From contig NC_043023.1 in assembly GCF_006345805.1 (NCBI RefSeq), positions 16,616,001 through 16,680,000 on the forward strand: a stretch of 64,000 bases of DNA, written 5' to 3'. The notes below the pieces were generated by a model, which worked only from the letters and a program-made list of their open reading frames with translations, did not search any database and was not told the DNA's origin. Below, piece after piece: positions 10,194-22,252 of this stretch; position 1 is the first letter of the stretch; each line of letters opens with the position of its first letter. The position numbers were made by a program, and so were the translations under genes. This DNA is from Octopus sinensis. Taxonomy: Eukaryota.

Positions 10194-10930
10194 ATGCTCT
10201 GATGCAGTACCAGGCAGTGGCTCTCATGGCTTCTAATCTTAACTGATTGGAAGTGTTATCATGTACATTGTTTTGTCTTGGTATAAAAGATGGCTACAGC
10301 AAATTTCTGCTCAATACCACAGATTTGCTTGTCAGTTGTTTGACCGTAACCAGTTGAGCATGTCCCTTAGTGGCTGATGATATGTGCAACTCTGATCACG
10401 AGCAGAAGCAGTGGGGGAGCATCATAGCCATGTGTTGAGAGGGATTCTTTGGGGTTTGAGTAATTCACCTCTGGAAACATGGGTGTTTCGTTCATCATCC
10501 TTAAACAACCCTTATTTAGGGACCTTTTGAGCGGGATGGGCTACTCGACCAGAAGAAAATTCTAACTGGGCCCTATCTACAAGGTCATGCGCTGTTTATC
10601 TTGATATGAGTTCACCATGTCGTGCACATTTGGTTTGAATAATTCACCTTTGGAAACATGGGTGTTTTGTTCAACATCCTTAAACAACTCTTATTCAAGG
10701 ACTTTTGAGTGCGATGGACTACTCGACCTGAAGAAAATTCTAACTGGGCCCCACCTGCAAAGTCATGCACTGTTTATCTTGATAGGAGATCACCATGTCC
10801 TGCACATATGGTTGTGATGCATGTGCCTAGTGTACCTTTATCAGATGGGTAGTCATGATGGGTATACTGGGCTTCGTATATTTTACGCCAGTGTCACTTT
10901 GATGACATGCACTGCTCTCTCACTCAATAA
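10194..10930 (+). mobile_element. ~730-bp non-coding repeat flanked by (TAA)n (partial copy at 9225-9395)
   Basis: Begins after (TAA)n, ends CTCTCACTC-AATAA...; internal duplication 10460-10620 / 10630-10800; no credible ORF. Orientation inferred from the tail. Confidence 0.6.
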
Positions 10931-10935
10931 GAACA

Positions 10936-10984
<49 letters not shown>

Positions 10985-11045
10985 TAATAACAATAATAAT
11001 AATAATAATAATAACAATAACAATAATAATAATAATAATAATAAT

Positions 11046-13130
11046 AAAGACCAATTGCTCATAAACAGAATGATTGTAGAGAATTGCCGGAGCAAAAACA
11101 AAAACCTGAGTATGGCATGGATAGACTACAGGAAAGCGTATGACAGTGTCCCACATAAATGGATACTCAAGGCCCTTGAGATATACAAGATCTCTCCTGT
11201 CGTCTCAAAATTCTTAGAGAATAGCATGACCATGTGGAACACACGTCTCTTTCTAAGCCATAGTAATGGGATGAGCCAGTCCAACAGCATCAACATCAAA
11301 CGAGGCATCTTCAAGGTGACTCCCTCTCTCCATTACTTTTTTGCATGGCACTGATCCCACTCTCAAACGAATTGGATAGTACCAGATATGGGTACAAAGT
11401 TTTTAGTAAGTTAATAAACCACCTTTTCTATATGGACGACCTAAAGCTGTTTGCCAGGAATGACCAAGAGCTAGAAGGGCTGCTAACAACTGTTAAAGAG
11501 TTTAGCAATGATATCGGAATGGATTTTGGCCTTGATAAGTGTGCTAAAGCAACTTTTGTAAGAGGCAAGCTCAGGCAAACAGCTTCTGTTAAATTAGATA
11601 TTGACACTACCATCAAGGAACTTGACCCACAGGAAAGTTACAAATACCTAGGAATCAACGAAGGAGATGGTATACATCATGCTACTATGAAGGAAAAAAT
11701 AAGAAAGGAATACTATAGGAGAATAAGGCTTGTACTGAAGACTGAACTCAACTCCAAAAATTGCATTGAGGCCATTAACACCCTGGCACTTCCAGTAGTC
11801 CAGCACAGTTTTAACATCATTAACTGGAACCTTACGGAACTCCAACGCTTGGACAGGAAGACAAGAAAGTTACTGACATCCAAGAGCATGCACGACCCTA
11901 AGGCAGATGTAGACTGCTTGTACCTACCTAGAAGCAGTGGGGGGAGAGGAATGATGCAATTAGAGCTGTGCTATAAGACCTCTACTGTAGGAATGAACAG
12001 TACCTATCTAGTACAAAGGACTGGATGCTGCGACTTGTGTGCGAACACGAAAGCAGCAAAAAGCTGCATTCTATTGTCAAGGAAGCTTATAAGTTCGAAA
12101 GGGAACTAGACATTAACTTGAATCAGATGAAGAGCCGGAAACCACTGCTACCAAGCAAGCAAAGCGAATCAAGCAGACTGCAAAAAAGAACGGGCAGAAT
12201 CCAATTCAGAGGCGGTGGAGCCAGAAGCCCCTGCATGGACAATATATTCTCCGAAGCCAAAATGCTGATGTAGACCAAGCAACAACCCATCAGTGGCTGA
12301 AGAGCTCTGGATTGAAAGCAGAGACTGAAGGTTTCATAATGGCAGCACAAGATCAAAGCTTGTTTACCAGAAATTACCAGGCTAACGTTCTCCGAAACGG
12401 TACTGACCCTAAATGCAGATTCTGCGACACATTTGACGAAACGATAGACCATCTCGTTTCGGGATGTCCTGTGCTGACACCAAACGAATACAAAAATCGC
12501 CACGATAGGGTAGGACAGTATATACATTGGAAGATATGTAAACACTACAAATCCGACACTCCTGCTAACTGGTATGAACACCATCCTCAGCCAGTTGTTG
12601 AAGGTAAAGATGTCACCATCCTCTGGGATTTTCCAGTCAACACTGACAGAACGATCAAGGCTAATCGACCAGACATAATTGTTAAAGACAGGGAAGAAAA
12701 TACCTGCAGACTAATAGAAGTAAGCGTCCCCACTGATAAAAATGTATCTGTCAAGGAATTTGACAAACTTAGTAAATATAAGGACCTGGAAATCGAAATA
12801 CAGAGGATGTGGAATCTTAAAACAAAAACTGTTCCTGTTATTGTAGGTGCCCTAGGTATGATAAAAAAGGGATGTCAGAAGCACCTAGACAATATCCCTG
12901 GAAAACCATGTCTCAAGGAAATCCAAAAGATTGTGCTAACAAGTACTGCTCACATCCTTAGAAAAACCCTATCAATGTAAATGTTTGTGTTTGCATTACA
13001 TGGAGATATATCTCTACTTCCCCTCCCCAAGCTTTCAGCTATATTTCAACAACTCTTAACCTTCACTTGCCCTAGGGCACTGGGTGTGCCCCGGCAGGTG
13101 ATTGCATCAAACATGCAGATTAAAAGTAAA
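11046..13130 (+). mobile_element. R4/Dong-type RLE non-LTR retrotransposon B, 5'-truncated and frameshifted
   Basis: WIDYRKAYDSVPH, FYMDDLKLFA, YKYLGI, CRFC..ETIDHLVSGC zinc knuckle, RPDIIV..IEVSVP..KYKDLE endonuclease; stop at 12980; flanked by (TAA)n. Confidence 0.93.
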
Positions 13131-13182
13131 TGACAATGATAATAATAATAATAATAATGATAATAATAATAATAATGATAAC

Positions 13183-13217
<35 letters not shown>

Positions 13218-13224
13218 TAACAAC

Positions 13225-13271
<47 letters not shown>

Positions 13272-13374
13272 TAACAATAATAATAATAATAATAATATAA
13301 TAATGATAACACAACAATAATAATAATAATAATAATAATAATATAATGATAATACAATAATAATAATAATAATG

Positions 13375-16300
13375 TAGATAGAAGCCACACAACAATGCCC
13401 AATAATATAAACACTGAAACTGTAAAACACGAAGACAAGCGCAACATTCCCAACAAACACGATGTAAACACGAAGGGGAGCCTAATGATTATGATTATAA
13501 AAAATAAAATAATCAAAGAACTGAAAACCACAGAGCTCAAAATGGACCACCGACCATACCTCCCAAGAATAAAAATAAACGCAATAACAACACCAATTAT
13601 AAACAACATAAACCTAGCCGTCACTGAACTAATAGCCACTGAAACAAAAAAAAGTGATATCACTGAGCTAAATGACTAATATACGCAGCAGCCACTGCAG
13701 CCACGAAAGAAGCTGGATACTCACCCAAACCTGCCCAAACAGGAGTACCACCACCCAAACAAACCCTGTGGATAAATAACATCCAAAACAAAATAAAAAA
13801 AATTAGAAAAGACCTGTCGATTCTTAATGAAATCAGCAAACAATCAACTACTGAGCAACAAAAAGAGAACAAAAATACTCCGCAAATATAACATCACAGA
13901 GAAAGATTTGCCTGAGATAAAAGAAAAGCTGAAGCAGATATCCTTGCCAAAGCACAAAGGATCCGCCAACGCTTTGAACAAAAAACAAAAAGTTCAACTC
14001 CAACCCCAAAAAATTCTACCAAGAACTGGGCAAAAATAAAATAGAAGTCACTGCAGCACAACGGCAGAAGAATTGGAAGAATTCTGGAGAGAAATATGGT
14101 CGGCGAACGAACAACCGAAAAAAGGAGTATCAAAATAACAAACTCGGCATCTGAACAACTTTGGACCCCCATAACAACTGAAGAGGTCACCCAGGCACTG
14201 CAAAGACTAAGCAACTGGAAGGCACCTGGGCATGACAAGATCCCCAACTTCTGGTTGAAATATCTAACAGGAATGCACAAAAAGCTGGCTGAAAACTTTA
14301 ACAACATACTAGCAGAGCCAGAGACAATGCCTGAATGGCTCACGAAGGGGAAAACCATCTTAATTCCCAAATCAAATGAAACAGCAAAACCAGAAACTAC
14401 AGACCAATAACCTGCCTCCCTACTATGTTCAAGGCATTTACTGCAGTGATATCGCAAAGGCTGAACAAGCACCTGGACGAAAACAAACTGTTCCCAAAAG
14501 AGCAGAAAGGATGCCGCAAAGTCTCATATGGCTGTAAAGATCAACTAATGATTAATAAAGCCATAACTGAAGACAGTCACAGAAAGAAGAAAGGCCTCAG
14601 TATGGCCTGGATTGACTACAAAAAGGCGTTTGATAGCATCCCCTACACATGGATCCTCGAAACACTAGCCATTAACAAAGTAGCACCAACAATCATAAAA
14701 TTCATAGTGCACTCTATGAATAAATGGCAAACAGTCCTACACCTCCAAACAAAAGAGGGACTCATGAAAACCAAAGACATCCCCATTAGAGGAATATTCC
14801 ATGGAGAAACGCTCTCTCCACTCCTTTTCTGCTTGGCACTGTCACCCCTATCTGATATACTAAATAGAACTGGATGGATATAAATGTTACGGCAAAACGA
14901 TCAGCCACCTTTTATATATGGATGACCTAAAACTATACGCTGCAAATGACAAACAGCTGGAAACACTATTAAAGACAGTTCATGGATTTACCAAAGAAAT
15001 AGATATGAAATTTGGATTAGAAAAATGCGCCAAAGTAACCATGAAAAGAGGAAAACTAGTTAAGAGTAACAACATCACACTAGATAAAACCAATGAAATA
15101 AAAGAATTAGACCAAAGCCAAACTTACAAATACTTAGGAATCCATGAACTAGATAAGACACAACACACACAATGAAAGAGAAAATAAAAAAAGAATATTA
15201 TAGACGAGTTAGATCAATACTAAAAACAGAGCTCAATGCTAAAAACAAGATAATAGGTATCAACACTTTAGCTGTCCCAGTTATAAGTTACAGCTACAAT
15301 ATCCTTAACTGGACACGAAATGAACTGACCAAAATAGATAGGAAAACAAGAAAAATAATGACAGGATCTAGGATGCATCACCCAAAATCTGACATAGAAA
15401 GACTATATATACAACGTATAGAAGGTGGTAGAGGCCTTATAAGCTGGAAAACTACTATAAAATAACCACCATAGGACTGCAAAAATATCTACTTCAGAAG
15501 GAAGAAAACTGATCCAGATAGCGGCAAAACACGAGCAAAACAAAAAACTGTTCTCAGTATTTAAGGAAGCTGACAAATACAAAAAGAAATCATACCACCT
15601 AATAAACATGAAGAAGAAGAAAAAGAAGATGAAGAAACAACAAAAGCTATAAAACAAATGAAATCCAAACTAAAAGTAGAACAGCAACGAACCATGATAA
15701 AACGATGGCAAGAAAAGCCCCTTCATGGTAAAACTGCACTAAACTAAACGCAAAAGAAATAGACAAAGAAAAATCCCAGCAATGGTTGAGAAGCTCAGGA
15801 CTCAAGCAGCAGAAACAGAGGGATTTTTAATTGCAGCACAAGACCAAAGCCTCCCCACCAGAAATTACCAAAAACATGTAACGAAAAAAAATATTACAAG
15901 TAACTGCAGAATATGTGGAGATGGACAAGAAACAATAAATCATATTATCTCTAGCTGCCCAGTCTTGGCTAAGAAGGAATATATTCACAGACATGACAGA
16001 GTTGGAACTACATACATTGGAAGCTATGCCAACATTATGGAATAACAACAGAAAAAAGATGGTATAGGATTATGCCAGAAAAGGTCACAGAAAACAGAAA
16101 GAAAGCAACCATACTCTGGGATATGCCGATACATACAGATAGAGAAATTAAGGCCAACAGACCAGATATAGTTGTCAGAGATCATGAAGAAAAAAAATGC
16201 TTTCTAATTGATGTATCAATACCGGCAGATGACAACGTGTCTCTAAAATAAATTGAGAAACTCTCAAAATACAAAGACCTGGAAATAGAGGTAACCAGAA

Positions 16301-16575
16301 TGTGGAACCTGAAAACAGAAACAATTCCTATCATAGTAGGTGCATTAGGCATGATAAAAAAATATTCAGACAAATACATAACAAAAACACCAGGACTTAC
16401 AAACACATATAACATACAGAAAATTGCACTACTGGGCACTGCACACATCCTACGCAGAACACTTTCCATACAATAACCATCAGAGCATCACAACAAATCA
16501 CAGCACATACCCAAGGCACACAGAGCTGCGCTCGGTAGTGAAGTGAAAGCACGCTATAAAAATAAAACTACTGAA
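13375..16575 (+). mobile_element. R4/Dong-type RLE non-LTR retrotransposon C, ~3.2 kb, multiply frameshifted
   Basis: NWKAPGHDKIPNFWLK, WIDYKKAFDSIP, YMDDLKLYA, CRIC..ETINHIISSC, RPDIVVRD; ends ACTACTG-(AAT)n. Confidence 0.93.
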
Positions 16576-16872
16576 TAATAATAATAATAATAATAATCAC
16601 TGAGCAAATATTTTTATAACACTTAAGCAAAATAAAAAATTTGTAACTTTCAAGGTTTTCTTCTGTATGTGTTTTTTGTTTTTGTTTGTTTTTTTTATTT
16701 TTACCTGTTTTGAATTAATAGATCTCATAATAATATCGGAGATGTACTCGCATAGCAAGTGATTTGATCTGAGATCGTGTGCTGAAACGAAAACAATTGC
16801 AGCGTGGAAGGTTTGTAAGCCATTTAAGAAAAACACAAAAGCCGTTCGATTCACTCCAACATTTAAGTTTAA

Positions 16873-16920
16873 TTGTCAAAATATTTTCGTCGCTAAAATC
16901 CGCGACCTGTTCACTGACAA
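16873..16920 (-). ncRNA. Minimal type-I hammerhead with G3:C8 swapped core, inside a ~220-bp repeat (~16715-16933)
   Basis: UUGUCA-GUGAACA-G-GUCGC(GGAUUUUA)GCGAC-GAA-AAUAUU-U-UGACAA: perfect 6-bp stem I, 5-bp stem II, palindromic stem III. Confidence 0.7.
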
Positions 16921-17426
16921 AGTCCGTGCTGCTAGGATATATTCATAGTTGACGAATGGATTAGTTAGGTGGAAGTGGTGGTGGAGGAGGAGGAGGAAGA
17001 GGAAAAACAATTTGAAATATCCCTGTCAAAACAGGGAAAACCCAATTTATGTGGGGGACCAAATTCCAGACTTCTGTTTACTTGCATAGGTTACACCTTA
17101 ACGAGAATGAATTTTTAAGAAGAAGAAAAATAGCAAATAATAATAATAATAATAATAATCACTGAGCAAATTTTTTTATAATACTTAATAATAATAATAA
17201 TAATAACTTACAACACAGTGCATACAAACAAAGAACTTTAGAATGTCCATGATCTGTGAAGATAATTTTCTAAAACTGAAAAAAAACAAAATTATTTCAG
17301 TTCCACTAATTTCACAACAAACAAACAATAGTGTGATATCTATTGTTGTACGTAATTAATTATTGTGGCTTTTTTCCAACAAATTTTGTTCAACGAAAAC
17401 AATAACAATATTTAACAAAAACATCT

Positions 17427-18660
17427 TTAACCTTTCGTGACAACCCGGCTGAAACCGGCTCTGGTTCTTTAGTACAAATGTCTTGTTTTCATAAGTCTTG
17501 AATTAAAATCTTCCACCAAATCTTAGTCACAATTTATGTTCCTAACACTAGCTTAACGATAACTAAGTTATTTTACTAAATTCTTTGTTATATTTAAAGT
17601 AATTGAAAGAAACACAGGGCATCTTGACAGAATATGGTAAAGAACGGTTTTAAAATATAATAGAGAAGCATTTCTTAACCTTTTGATACCAACTGGCTGA
17701 AACTACCTCTGACCCTGTAGTACAAATGTCTTGTTTTCATAAGTCTTGAATTAAAATCTTCCACCAAACCTTAGTCACAATTAATATTCCGAACACTAGC
17801 TTAATGATAACTGAGTTATTTTACTAAATTCTTTGTTATATTTAAAATTAATTGAAAGAAACACAGAGCATCTCGACAGAATATGGTAACAAAAGGCTTA
17901 AAAATATATAATAGAGAAACAATTCTTAACCATTTTGATACCAACCGGCTGAAAGCACCTCTGGCTCTGTAGTACAAATGTGATTGTTTTCATAAGTTTT
18001 GAATTAAAATCTTCCACCAAACCTTAATCACAATTTATGTTCCTAACTTAGCTTAACGATAACTAAGTTATTTAACTAAATTCTTTGTTATATTTAAAAT
18101 TAATGTGAAGAAACACAGAGCATCTCGACAGAAAATGGTAACAAAAGGTTAAAATATATGATAGAGAAACAATTCTTAACCCTTTTGATACGAACCTGGC
18201 TGAAACAACCACCTCTGACCCTGTGTAGTACAAATGTCTTGTGTTTCAAAGTTTGATTTCAAATCTTCTGCCAAACCTCTAGTCACAATTTATGTTCCTA
18301 ACACTAGCTTAATGATGACTAAGTTATTTTACTAAATTCTTTGTTATATTTAAAATTAATTGAAAGAAACACAGAGCATCTCGACAGAAAATGGTAACAA
18401 AAGGGTTAAAATATATGATAGAGAAACAATTCTTAACCCTTTTGTTACCAACCTGGCTGAAACCGCTTCTGGCTCTGTGTACAAATGTCTTGTTTCCAAA
18501 AGTTTTGATTTCAAATCTTCTGCCAAACCTTAGTCACAATTTATGTTACTGATACTAGTTGAATGATAACTAAGTTATTTTACTAAATCCTTTGTTATAT
18601 TTAAAATAATTGAAAGAAACACAGAGCATCTCAAAATAAATACAGTAACGAAAGGGTTAA
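17427..18660. mobile_element. Five tandem piggyBac-type MITE-1 copies (~250-bp period)
   Basis: Each unit TTAACC..GGTTAA-like, separated by an AATATATAATAGAGAAACAATTC-type spacer. Confidence 0.85.
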
Positions 18661-18767
18661 ATGATGGTCTGACCGTCTGCTAAGCAAGAGGGAAGCAGTA
18701 AATAGAAGAGAGATGGTAAAAATGCTCCGGAATAATCATTTAAGATTTTTTCTTATATTCTTTACTC

Positions 18768-18952
18768 TTTTACTTGTTTCAGTCATTTGACTGCGGCCAT
18801 GCTGGAGCACCGCCTTTAATCGAGCAAATCGACCCCGGGACTTATTCTTTTGTAAGCCCAGTACTTATTCTATCGGTCTCTTTTGCTGAACTGCTAAGTG
18901 ACGGGGACATAAACACACCAGCATCGGTTGTCAAGCAATGCTAGGGGGACAA
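18768..18952 (-). mobile_element. SINE-A 3' half fused to a 5'-deleted Helitron
   Basis: TACTCTTTTACTTGTTTCAG...GGGGGACAAA, then an abrupt switch to Helitron-internal CTACTCCCACATTTTGCGG. Confidence 0.8.
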
Positions 18953-19795
18953 ACTACTCCCACATTTTGCGGTGCAGTTTAACCAAATTCAGGTATCTTA
19001 TAGTCGTGATTAATATCGAGCCCGTTTGAGTATTAGCGCGCATCTACGATGAGTCTACGATTTAAAAAATAATTTAACATCATTTTTTATTCCATTTTAA
19101 TGCATAATTTTTCGTGTGTCGATGGCGGCGGAGTTGGCGTCCATGGTCACAGCTGCACCTGTTTGCTTCTCCCCCTTCTTCCCTCCCTCGTGAAGCTGTG
19201 GGGAAGGGAGTGTAAGGAAATCAACGTCGTAAAGCGTTGTCAAGGAGACCAGCGTTCTTTTAGAACAACGACTTCATGGCTTGAAGACACCAAAACAGAA
19301 ATGGCTAAGAAAGCCCGAATTGGCATCTATAAGGGAAGTAACTCTCTAAAAATGCTTATATAGTTATTTCCCTTACAAATCCGAGCAACGCCGGGCGATA
19401 CTGCTAGTCTTTATATATAAAACTGTAGTTGTGTGAGTGTCTGTCCCCTTCGATTTAGATTCCTAACTACTCCCACATTTTGCGGTGCAGTTTAACCAAA
19501 ACCGGGTATCTTATAGTCGTGATTCATATCGAGCCCTTCTAGGTATTAGCATGAGTCTACGATTTAAAAAAAAAATTACCATCATTTTCCCCCATTTTTA
19601 ATGCATTTTTTTTGCTATTATATAAGGGAAGTAACTCTCTAAAAATGTATTATTAAATCTCAGAACGTAAAAAGCTACAGTAAACCCCTCTTTGTGGTTA
19701 GCCATATTGAGATGGCTATTATACTTTACATCTCTAAAAATGCATACATAGTTATTTCCCTTACAAACCCGAGCAACGCCGGGCGATACTGCTAG
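18953..19795 (+). mobile_element. Two head-to-tail non-autonomous Helitrons (18953-19407, 19408-19795)
   Basis: 3' ends CCGAGCAACGCCGGGCGATACTGCTAG at 19407 and 19795; second copy starts TCTTTATATATAAAACTGTAG. Confidence 0.85.
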
Positions 19796-20054
19796 TTTAT
19801 ATATAAAGATTTGTCAAAGGTTTTAAATAATTCTGTTAATTACAGGTATTGTCAACTTACCGTTTTTGTTTTTGCGGGTATGAATACAGTGTATAGATGC
19901 TTCAATTTAGATCTGGTCTAGTGAATCACTCGCCTCAAATTTCCAATGATGAATGAAATTCAGATCCTGTTTAGGGAGTTGCTCAAATCCTGTTGTACTG
20001 TGATCATATCAAGGAAGGAAATATCATACACAATGACACACACACCCAGAAGGA

Positions 20055-20092
<38 letters not shown>

Positions 20093-20184
20093 CACAATGT
20101 TTCAGAGAAAATGTAGAAGAAAAAGGTTTTGTTCCGGCAATTTTTGTAAAAACTGATTTTATCTTTTATTTTTCAGCTGTTATA

Positions 20185-20960
20185 TACTCTTTTACTCTTT
20201 TACTTGTTTCAGTCATTTGACTGTGGCCATGCTGGAGCACCGCCTTTAGTTGAGCTAATCGACCCCAGGACTTATTCTTTGGAAGCCTAGTACTAATTCT
20301 ATCGGTCTCTTTTTGCCGAACCGCTAAGTTTACTCTTTTACTTGTTTCAGTCATGTGACTGTGGCCATGCTGGAGCACCGCCTTTAGTCGAGCTAATCGA
20401 CCCCAGGTCTTATTCTTTGGAAGCCTAGTACTAATTCTATTGGTCTCTTTTGCCGAACCGCTAAGTTTACTCTTTTACTTGTTTCAGTCATGTGACTGTG
20501 GCCATGCTGGAGCACCACCTTTAGTCGAGCTAATCGACCCCAGGACTATTCTTTTGTAAGCCCGGTACTCATTCTATCGGTATCTTTTGCCGAACCGCTA
20601 AGTTTACTCTTTTTACTTGTTTCAGTCATTTGACTGTGGCCATGCTGGAGCACCGCCTTTAGTCGAGCTAATCGACCCCAGGACTTATTCTTTGGAAGCC
20701 TAGTACTAATTCTATTGGTCTCTTTTGCCGAACCGCTAAGTTACTCTTTTACTTGTTTCAGTAATGTGACTGTGGCCATGCTGGAGCACCGCCTTTAGTC
20801 GAGCTAATCGACCCCAGGACTTATTCTTTGGAAGCCTAGTACTATTCTATTGGTCTCTTTTGCCGAACTGCTAAGTTACAGGGATGTAAACACACCAGCA
20901 TGGTTGTCAAGCGATGTTGGGAGGGGGACAAACACATACACACAAACATATACATGCACA
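20185..20960 (-). repeat. SINE-A 3' segment in five tandem ~137-bp copies
   Basis: CCGCTAAGTT junction at 20321, 20458, 20595, 20733 and 20868, the first four followed by TACTC. Confidence 0.92.
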
Positions 20961-20988
20961 TACATACATATATATAATACACACACAT

Positions 20989-21285
20989 GTGCGGTGGCAC
21001 GTAAAAGAACCATCCGAATGTGCCCATTGCCAGTGCCGCCCCGACTAGCCTCCGTGCCGGTGGCATGTAAAAAGCACCAACCAATCATGACCGTTGCCAG
21101 CCTCACCTGGCACGTAGAAATCACCCACTACACTCACGGAGTGGTTGGCGTTAGGAAGGGCATCCAGCTGTAGAAACACTGCCAGATCAGACTGGGCCTG
21201 GTGCAGCCTCCTGGCTTCCCAGACCCCAGTCGAACCGTCCAGCCCATGCGAGCATGGAAAATGGACGTTAAACGATGATGATGAT
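20989..21285 (+). mobile_element. Retroposon family D, 3' part
   Basis: GGCGTTAGGAAGGGCATCCAGCTGTAGAAAC...GGACGTTAAAC(GAT)n. Confidence 0.85.
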
Positions 21286-21287
21286 AC

Positions 21288-21368
<81 letters not shown>

Positions 21369-21377
21369 ATATATATA

Positions 21378-21409
<32 letters not shown>

Positions 21410-21414
<5 letters not shown>

Positions 21415-21788
21415 TAAATAAATGATACAACGAAGTACCGATATTTACTGGAAATAGCGAACGTAATAAATACGGCACTAATGTATAGCTTCACTGCGTA
21501 TGTACTAGTAAAGATGCGTGTGTGCAACAAACATGAAAAAAATTTGTCTTATCTCTAGGAAGAACATCTGAAAAATGAAAAACCTAGATAACGGATAATG
21601 CAGTACCGGTTTCGGATTTTTCAAAATACGAATGCCAATCGTATAATTGATTTATCCTCATCAGCTGCATAAACCTCAACAATATACAATAGTACATACG
21701 CAGTGAAGCTATACATTAGCGTCGTATTTATAACGATCGTCATTTTTCAGTAAATATCGGTACTTCGTTGTACCATTTATTTACTTTT
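21410..21788. mobile_element. Foldback element with ~98-bp inverted arms, beside a (TA)n tract
   Basis: 21410-21507 is the near-perfect reverse complement of 21690-21788 (AAAAGTAAATAAATG.TACAACGAAGTACCGATATTTACTG...GCTTCACTGCGTATGTACTA). Confidence 0.85.
21598..21670 (-). ncRNA. Canonical-core minimal type-I hammerhead ribozyme
   Basis: AUGCAG-CUGAUGA-GGAU(extended UCAA/UUGA and AUACGA/UCGUAU helices)AUCC-GAA-ACCGGU-A-CUGCAU; predicted cleavage after GUA (21604/21603). Confidence 0.85.
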
Positions 21789-21883
21789 ATGTATAATTTT
21801 ACCCTCATGGGCTATCCTTTACTGGAAAGCAATACTCTCGTATTGCATCACTATTTTCATATATATATATATATATATATATG

Positions 21884-22252
21884 TGCAGGTGGCACGTAAA
21901 AAGCACCCACTACACACACGGAGTGGTTGGCGTTAGGAAGGGCATCCAGCTGTAGAAACATTGCCAGATAAGACTGGAGCCTGGTGCAGCCTTCTGGCTT
22001 CCCAGAACCCTGGTCGAACCGTCCAACCCATGCTAGCATGGAGAACGGACGTTAAACGATGATGATGATGATGATGATATACATACACAACGGAGCTTCT
22101 TTCAGTTTCCATCAACCAAATCCACCCACGAGGCTTTTGTCGGCCCGGGGCTATAGCAGAAGACACTTGCCCAAGGTGCCATGCAGTTGGACTGAACCCA
22201 GAACCTTGTGGTTGGTAAGCAAGCTACTTACCACACAGCCACTCTTACACCT
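21884..22252. mobile_element. Retroposon D 3' end (+, 21884-22078) adjacent to a SINE-A head (-, 22085-22252)
   Basis: Same diagnostic motifs as other copies. Confidence 0.8.

Noticed and set aside
11126-16469. Minus-strand ORFs overlapping the R4 elements
   Set aside because: Antisense shadows of the plus-strand retrotransposon frames.
19100-19363. Near-identical peptide in ORFs 19100-19363 and 37255-37455
   Set aside because: Both lie inside copies of the same non-autonomous Helitron; identity reflects the repeat, with no recognisable domain.
19800-20060. Unique segment with a strong minus-strand donor (ACG|GTAAGT near 19860)
   Set aside because: All three frames hit stops within ~20 codons upstream and there is no good acceptor.
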